Assembly (NCBI GenBank): GCA_963666365.2
Contig: CAXXNF010000002.1
Coordinates: 2,208,001-2,272,000 of the forward strand
Origin: Syntrophales bacterium
GTDB lineage: Bacteria > Desulfobacterota > Syntrophia > Syntrophales > UBA2210
Reading direction: 5' to 3'
DNA: 64,000 bases
The position numbers were made by a program, and so were the translations under genes. How positions within the stretch are numbered: the stretch's first letter is position 1; the number at the start of each line of letters is the position of its first letter. A model generated the notes under the pieces. That model was not told the origin of the DNA, ran no database searches, and was given only the letters and a program-made list of their open reading frames with translations. Below are positions 59,001-64,000 of this stretch, piece after piece.

Positions 59001-60437
59001 AACAACGACAGCCACATCTACTGGACCCGGTGGAACGGCACAGGCTGGAACGATCCCCAGGCCCTGGCCACGGGAGGCACCGCCACGAAGCTCTCCCCCT
59101 CCGTCGCCTTTTCGCCCGGCGGGACAGCCCTGGCCGTATGGACGGAAAAGGAGGTGTCCCAGGGGGCGACGATGCACCGCCTGAAGTACGCCGTCTATGC
59201 CGACGGCGGCTGGTCGTCGCCGGAGGTGATCACGGAGAGTCCCCGGTTCATCGAGGACCCGAAGGCCGTGGTGGACGCTGCGGGAACCGCCACAGTTATC
59301 TGGCGGGCCTACGCGGGGAGATCGAAGGGAGGAGGGGCGCTCTTCTCCAGTACGGGACAGATGCCCGCTCCGTCCTGGTCGGAACCGAAGCAGATCACCC
59401 ACGACGACACCCTGCAGTGGCAGGCCGACGCGGCGCTGGACGAGAACAACAAGGTCTATACCGTGTGGAGCGCCTACGACGCTTCGTCGGGCATCGCAAG
59501 CACCGGCACGGGCTTCGGAAGCGGCGTCAACGTGGCGCAGGAGAGTCCGAACTCGGCGGCACTGACGGGCGTCTACGCCGATGCGGGGGTCGATGCCGAC
59601 AGCAACGGCATATACGAATCGCTGGCGGTCTCCCTGGGGGTGAACATCCTTGTAGCGGGAGACTACGAGGTCCGGGGCGATCTGTACAAGGGGGATCAAT
59701 TCATCCTCTCCGCCCTGACGGCAGAAGACGGTCTCGACACGGGGACACACACATTCGTCCTTTCCTTCCCCGGCGGCATTCTCTCCGACCGCGGGCTCGA
59801 CGGCCCCTACGCCCTGAAACAGGTGGTGGTCATGGACCGGAGTGATTCACCGGTGCAGACGGCCTTCGCCGCGGCACCCCACACGACGGCGGCCTACCTG
59901 GCATCGCAGTTCGTCCAGGGCCCCCTGGCGCTGGACAAGTCCTCCTATCTGGGAACAGGGGAAACGGCGCTGATCACCGTGACCGATGCACTGGCAAACA
60001 CCAGCGCCGACTCGGTGCAGACTATCGCCGTAGAGGTGGCGAGCACCCGCGATTACGAAGGGTTTATGCTTGGGCTGGTCGAAACGGGACCGGACACGGG
60101 TGTTTTCCGGGGGACGCTCGGTTTCAGCCTGCTCTCAAGCTCCTCGGAACTTGAGCGGCTCCTCGTGGCCGATCACGACCTTATTCAGGTGATCTATGAA
60201 GATCCGAACCGCGACTACCGCTTTATCGAAAGAGCCCTCTGGACAGCGGTAGGCGCCGGCGACGTCAACAGCGACGGGCAGGTTACCCTGACGGATGCCA
60301 TCGTGACCCTTCAGTGCGCCGCTCATATGACCACGGAGACCGCCATTATCACAAAGGACGCCGATGTTGACGGCGATGAAAGAATCGGTATGGCGGAAAT
60401 CCTCTATATTCTTCAACGGACAGCCGGTCTCCGCTGA
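56052..60437 (+). CDS. Large secreted protein B (1461 aa), paralogue of 50148..54533
   Basis: Same length and architecture; divergent first ~350 aa, near-identical remainder. Confidence 0.85.
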   Translation: MTRSAHVFFYAILFLILLCPHAFALNCGYHILLEHEGVEYTFGSGSSSYYGDHCCWQQWFSYGTDGYRNYSMGVNRGGLGMDLDAWFVSIIDNAWLDTSCQRNYDYFQGPAATDASDPTGSYTLKEFTDDWGACGGRTITVRIVPLDVNVEVEPEEAGTVAITPSKDGYCIGDEIEAEALPGTDWVFYRWTSPTYSYSNPLSYTLYSYGTTFRATFKDSQLRIEEGNRNPSEGYFNPYGGEYQILANHFKITNKVDQDATFSELSFTITGDLSLLAGATLIGDEGCTGTGTEIATTANLSGDTVTFTGLSETVPGGTERCYGLLLSFKTGVTIPFRKEYRVSISRDQVQAKVSGSSADISGDTVTGAVCSAGPKITLTATYDGNGTGDSRIGTFLGGIEALNTLTAHIDMVPENFATVERVVFDINDVVREGAKVEESADYEAVYNMGDFQQTVPLTVTAHLNMNGTALQAQESYTLKALPMPGWFEVVAGISESFTKEFDTEETAYKVGFTYPTNFIWSDYVPSSVGLLGGLNNDLGIEFTANAVYRIDETSTFGATIKGQPVILGHEFGLEGGLSGDFDQNFAFQRGNGTLRASFAFDLPEKGYSKTFLIYGVPVTAAVDLSGNVEIFIRGSAVLNRQLEFEEITVAPGTTVTGNVTISLSAVFGLAKIAATGSPTATVEIELRYTTASGTTTTWRGEIVVPITVVGSIFWGLGSAELYSTELGPWTFPSGGAAPQAFRPLGEIEGPAVPRLLSTSALAIDGSGRRMTLWIDDRTPAAPAPDPDVFYRYYDGSAWSGSAPLIGTAQTNLEWETDPAVVFLNGGAALAAWTANKGDKSLNDLNDILAHQDIAFALWNGEAWTTPAKVIDDDEADGTVRLAYDGSNQKALAVWVHNADAGKNAMSRTAWKLMYALFDPAANEGAGAFAVPADVPGTATGTADQMPAIAADGAGTVLLLWARDDDGEFYRELSGVTNGTNVDYENNDSHIYWTRWNGTGWNDPQALATGGTATKLSPSVAFSPGGTALAVWTEKEVSQGATMHRLKYAVYADGGWSSPEVITESPRFIEDPKAVVDAAGTATVIWRAYAGRSKGGGALFSSTGQMPAPSWSEPKQITHDDTLQWQADAALDENNKVYTVWSAYDASSGIASTGTGFGSGVNVAQESPNSAALTGVYADAGVDADSNGIYESLAVSLGVNILVAGDYEVRGDLYKGDQFILSALTAEDGLDTGTHTFVLSFPGGILSDRGLDGPYALKQVVVMDRSDSPVQTAFAAAPHTTAAYLASQFVQGPLALDKSSYLGTGETALITVTDALANTSADSVQTIAVEVASTRDYEGFMLGLVETGPDTGVFRGTLGFSLLSSSSELERLLVADHDLIQVIYEDPNRDYRFIERALWTAVGAGDVNSDGQVTLTDAIVTLQCAAHMTTETAIITKDADVDGDERIGMAEILYILQRTAGLR
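57119..60437 (+). repeat. 3.3-kb near-perfect direct repeat of 51215..54533
   Basis: Constant offset of 5904 bp; only about five substitutions seen by eye; identity ends at the TGA stop. Confidence 0.95.
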
Positions 60438-60611
60438 ATCGACACCGCGACGCACATTGATGACCAGGCAAAAAATCATTTCCCCACAGAGGAGGGGATA
60501 AAGGTGAGGAGGAACTTTTCATCCTCACCCCACCCCTCTCACATCAGAGGCTGCGTAGTCCCGTCTAATGGCAAGAGTATCACGACCGAAGCAATCGTTG
60601 GCGCCCCCTTT

Positions 60612-60697
60612 GTCTTTGCGAGAAGCGTAGCGAAGAAGCAATCTCATGGTTTGAAATGATGAGATTGCCACGCTCCCTTGCGGTCGCTCGCAATGAC
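60612..60697. repeat. REP-like palindrome
   Basis: GTCTTTGCGAG..GCAATCTCAT...ATGAGATTGC..CTCGCAATGAC. Confidence 0.65.
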
Positions 60698-60707
60698 AGG
60701 CCAAAAG

Positions 60708-60752
60708 GACCAAATAGACCAGACAGACTAGATAGACCAAAATGACCAGACA
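60708..60752 (+). repeat. 9-bp imperfect tandem repeat, 5 copies
   Basis: GACCAAATA GACCAGACA GACTAGATA GACCAAAAT GACCAGACA. Confidence 0.75.
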
Positions 60753-60945
60753 ATTTTGTTCACCGTTATTTTCCACGGCATTTTTTTCGATTGACAGAAA
60801 ATACAATACCGGAGATAGTAATTTATTCCAATGGCGCCGAATCGCCTTCCACAGCCAACACGTTAAAAGATCTCAGAGGTCACACATTCGCATCCGGCGT
60901 GAACCGGGCACTTTAAAAAATTTCCTATGATGCAGGGAGGTTTTT

Positions 60946-63900
60946 ATGAGGGATAATATGATAATTCGATTGGCAACGTCCTTTTTGGTTATTTTCATTC
61001 TTATTGTCACATCTTCCCACCCTACCCATGCCTGGGTTATCGAGCGTGTAAGTCTCGGCAATTCAGGACAGGAAACCGCAAAATACGACGGTTCCGGTGA
61101 TATCGGCATCACATCGCTTTCCTACGACGGCAGGTTTGTCTGTTTCCCTTCGGAAGGAACGGCCCTGGTTGATGGCGATACGAACGATAAACGGGATATT
61201 TTCGTGCGGGACCGCACACGGGGAACCACGGTGCGGGTCAATGTGAGTACCGAAGGCGACCAGATCCTCGACTACAGTTCCTATGATGCGGTGATCTCGG
61301 GAGATGGACGGTTTGTGGTCTTCGACTCCCAGACATCGAATCTTGTTACAGGAACCACACCGAAGAAAATGAATATCTACCGTCATGAAATGGCAACCGG
61401 CGAGACCGTGCTGCTTACCAAGGGACACGACGGCTCTGCGGCCGACGATTCTTCCGCATGGAACAGCTATATGGACGCGTCCTACGACGGCCGCTTCGTG
61501 GTGTTCCCCTCCTTTGCCACCAATCTGGTTGTCGGAGACACAAACGCGAAAACCGATATCTTCGTTCATGACTGCCAGACGGGCACCACTTCCATGGTCA
61601 GCAGATCAGCCGACGGAGGACTGCCCGACAACAGCAGCAACGATCCCGCCATCTCAGGCGATGGCCGCTATGTGGTCTTCTCCTCCACGGCGACAAACCT
61701 GGTGGCAGACCTTTCGATCAGCAGCGAACAAGTGTACCGTTACGACAGAGAAGCGGGCACGACAGTTCTCGTTTCCGTAGCATCCGACGGAACAGGTGCG
61801 AATAAGACCTGTGAATATCCCGACATTTCACACGACGGCCGCTATGTGGTATTCCAAAGTGCCGCCACCAATCTGACCGGCGAGGTGTCCGCCGACAATA
61901 CGCTGACCCATATATATCTGCGGGATGTGGTCTCGGGTGTCACTCTACTGATAAGCAAAAACGGCGACGGCGTTCTCGGCGACAATAACAGCGGCGGTTA
62001 TAACGCCGCCCCCAAGATTTCTCCCGACGGCCGTTTTGTCATTTTCGCGTCGCAGGCGCAGAACCTCATCACCGACGGCACACCTATCAATGACTACAGG
62101 AATGCCTTCGTCTATGACAGGGAAGAAAAGACTCTCGACGTGCTCAACCGAACACCCTCGGGGGAGATCCCCAACGGATTCAGTTACGCCTGGGCTTCTT
62201 CAGAGGAAGGTAAGGTCATTGCCTTTGTTTCAGGGGCATCGAATTTGGTAACGGGCGACACCAATAGTGCAGAGGACGTCTTCGTCGCCCTCAGAACCGG
62301 CGACGGATGGTCCATAAACTCCACTTCTCAGATCGGCGGATGGCGAAATGACGCAGCCGTTTCGGGCAGCATCGCCGCCGTGGCGGAAGGAAAGGGTGTC
62401 ACCCTCTACAGCATTAGCGGCAGCACACTTCAGAGGCTCTCCTGCGTGTCCCTTCCCATAGAACCCACCGCTATCGCCATCGACGGCACGAAACTCTATG
62501 CCGCATCGGGCCCCTGGGAAGAACATCCTATTTTTGTCGTGGCCGATATCAGCGATACGTCGGCACCGGCAATTCTCGGCACCTGCGAGGACGGATGTCC
62601 CTACGACGGCGTCATGGTGGCGAAAGGAAACTATGTCTATCATTCCGCCTCTGAAGAGGGAGGGGATAAAACCGCTATCGGCGTCGTAGACGTAAGCAAT
62701 CCCGCATCGCCCGTCGTCCTGGACTTCCTGAATCTCGGCGAGGGGGTGGTCGCCCAGGCCTTTGACATTAAAGACTCTTTCCTCTACGTACAGGGAGTTC
62801 AGAATGCACCTATCTTCCTCGTCTATGACCTCTCGAATCCCCTTGTTCCGGCACAAACGGGCGCACTCGCCGTAGGAAGCGGTGAAACGAGCGAGGCACT
62901 TCACGCTGAGGGCAATTACGTGTACAGCGCCGTCGGCAGCAACGGGGTCCGGATCGTCGATGTCTCCACGCCGTCGTCGCCTAGCCCGCGAAACCTATTC
63001 ACCATTGAAGGAACGGCACAGGACGTCTATGCAGAAGGGAACATCCTCTATGTGGCAGGCGGAAACGGCGGGCTGATCGCGTTTAACGTAACCGATCCGG
63101 TCAGTCCCGTCAATCTGGGAAGCGTGGCCCCCGGCGATCAACCCTTCCGCGTGGATGGTTCCAGCGGAGGGGTGGTAGCTCTCTTTCAGGAGGGCGACTT
63201 TGCGATCCGCACCATCGGCTTCTCCGGCGGGGCTCCCGTTGCCCTGGGAGAGGCGGCAAGCCCCATGATGACAAATGATGTGCTGGCATCGGGCAATTAC
63301 CTTTACACAGGCGCGGAAGGGCTGCTCATTTATGATATGCAGGACCCGGGAACACCGCAAGTCTTAAGCGCAGACAGCGCCTGGACACATTTCGTCCCCC
63401 TGGCGGCGACGGCTACGCAGCTTGTCGGCTTTTCGTCTGCAGCCGATAGCTGGCAGAAAACAATTTTCTCAATTATAGGCATTACCGATCCGGCACATCC
63501 TACGTCCGTGGGAAGCTATACTTCACCAGGGGCTTACAACACAGGAGTCGTCTCCGGAACAAAGGCCTTTCTCCTTTTCAGTGCCGCCGGTGCCGGTGCC
63601 GACATCATCGATTTTTCAAACCCTGCTTCTCCAACAAAGGCCGGCACTATTCCCTTCGAAAGCAACTCACAGCATGATATTGCTGCCTCCGGTTCTATCG
63701 TCTGCCTCGCCGGCCAGACTTCGGAAGGAAATCGCGTCCACATATTTGATGTTTCATCTCCTCAGACACCGGAACTAAAATCATCGCTGACACCGCCGGG
63801 AAGCAGTATTCGTCTCGCCATGGCGGGAACAATCCTTTTCGTGTCATCCAATGTGAATACAGTAAACTACCTGGAGGCCTTTGATCTCACCGATCCGGCT

Positions 63901-64000
63901 GTACCACAACGGGCCGGCGCAATTCAGGACGAAAAGGCAGCCTACGACCTCCAGATTTTGAATGAAGAAGATCAGGATGTGATCATCCTGCAGGCAAAGC
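60946..64000 (+). CDS. Large secreted protein, partial: TolB/PD40-like propeller then LVIVD-type repeats
   Basis: Not in the ORF track. RBS GGGAGG, signal ending THA, repeated SxDGRFVVFxSxAxNLV..DTN..DIFVxD, then xxxDVSxPxSP repeats; open to the window end. Confidence 0.88.
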   Translation, partial: MRDNMIIRLATSFLVIFILIVTSSHPTHAWVIERVSLGNSGQETAKYDGSGDIGITSLSYDGRFVCFPSEGTALVDGDTNDKRDIFVRDRTRGTTVRVNVSTEGDQILDYSSYDAVISGDGRFVVFDSQTSNLVTGTTPKKMNIYRHEMATGETVLLTKGHDGSAADDSSAWNSYMDASYDGRFVVFPSFATNLVVGDTNAKTDIFVHDCQTGTTSMVSRSADGGLPDNSSNDPAISGDGRYVVFSSTATNLVADLSISSEQVYRYDREAGTTVLVSVASDGTGANKTCEYPDISHDGRYVVFQSAATNLTGEVSADNTLTHIYLRDVVSGVTLLISKNGDGVLGDNNSGGYNAAPKISPDGRFVIFASQAQNLITDGTPINDYRNAFVYDREEKTLDVLNRTPSGEIPNGFSYAWASSEEGKVIAFVSGASNLVTGDTNSAEDVFVALRTGDGWSINSTSQIGGWRNDAAVSGSIAAVAEGKGVTLYSISGSTLQRLSCVSLPIEPTAIAIDGTKLYAASGPWEEHPIFVVADISDTSAPAILGTCEDGCPYDGVMVAKGNYVYHSASEEGGDKTAIGVVDVSNPASPVVLDFLNLGEGVVAQAFDIKDSFLYVQGVQNAPIFLVYDLSNPLVPAQTGALAVGSGETSEALHAEGNYVYSAVGSNGVRIVDVSTPSSPSPRNLFTIEGTAQDVYAEGNILYVAGGNGGLIAFNVTDPVSPVNLGSVAPGDQPFRVDGSSGGVVALFQEGDFAIRTIGFSGGAPVALGEAASPMMTNDVLASGNYLYTGAEGLLIYDMQDPGTPQVLSADSAWTHFVPLAATATQLVGFSSAADSWQKTIFSIIGITDPAHPTSVGSYTSPGAYNTGVVSGTKAFLLFSAAGAGADIIDFSNPASPTKAGTIPFESNSQHDIAASGSIVCLAGQTSEGNRVHIFDVSSPQTPELKSSLTPPGSSIRLAMAGTILFVSSNVNTVNYLEAFDLTDPAVPQRAGAIQDEKAAYDLQILNEEDQDVIILQAK

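Overview
Bacterial DNA, probably a syntrophic Desulfobacterota (Syntrophales-like) organism, inferred from gene content. It has four blocks. (1) 1-21.9 kb is an apparent genomic island. It carries a type III-A CRISPR effector operon (cas6, CARF-HTH, cas10, csm2-5), a toxin-antitoxin pair, a secreted repeat protein and a TIGR02710-like CARF protein running off the left edge, but no array or cas1/cas2 in the window. It also has several nucleases and a phosphatase, and it ends at a duplicated 3' portion of tRNA-Sec (att site). (2) 21.9-24.3 kb holds decayed remnants of an older element at the same site: a P4-like integrase split by a miniature insertion, plus hsdM, PIN and helicase-PLD fragments. 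(3) 24.5-42.9 kb is housekeeping and acyl-CoA metabolism. (4) 43-64 kb is a cluster of very large secreted proteins, including two 1461-aa paralogues with near-identical bodies but divergent N-terminal tips and a shared structured 5' leader. Most notable: five complete secreted proteins end in a dockerin-like Ca-binding tag, and the two with only a half tag share a 38-residue stalk repeat. One of those two lies inside the CRISPR operon. All calls come from reading the sequence and motifs by eye; no database searches were run.
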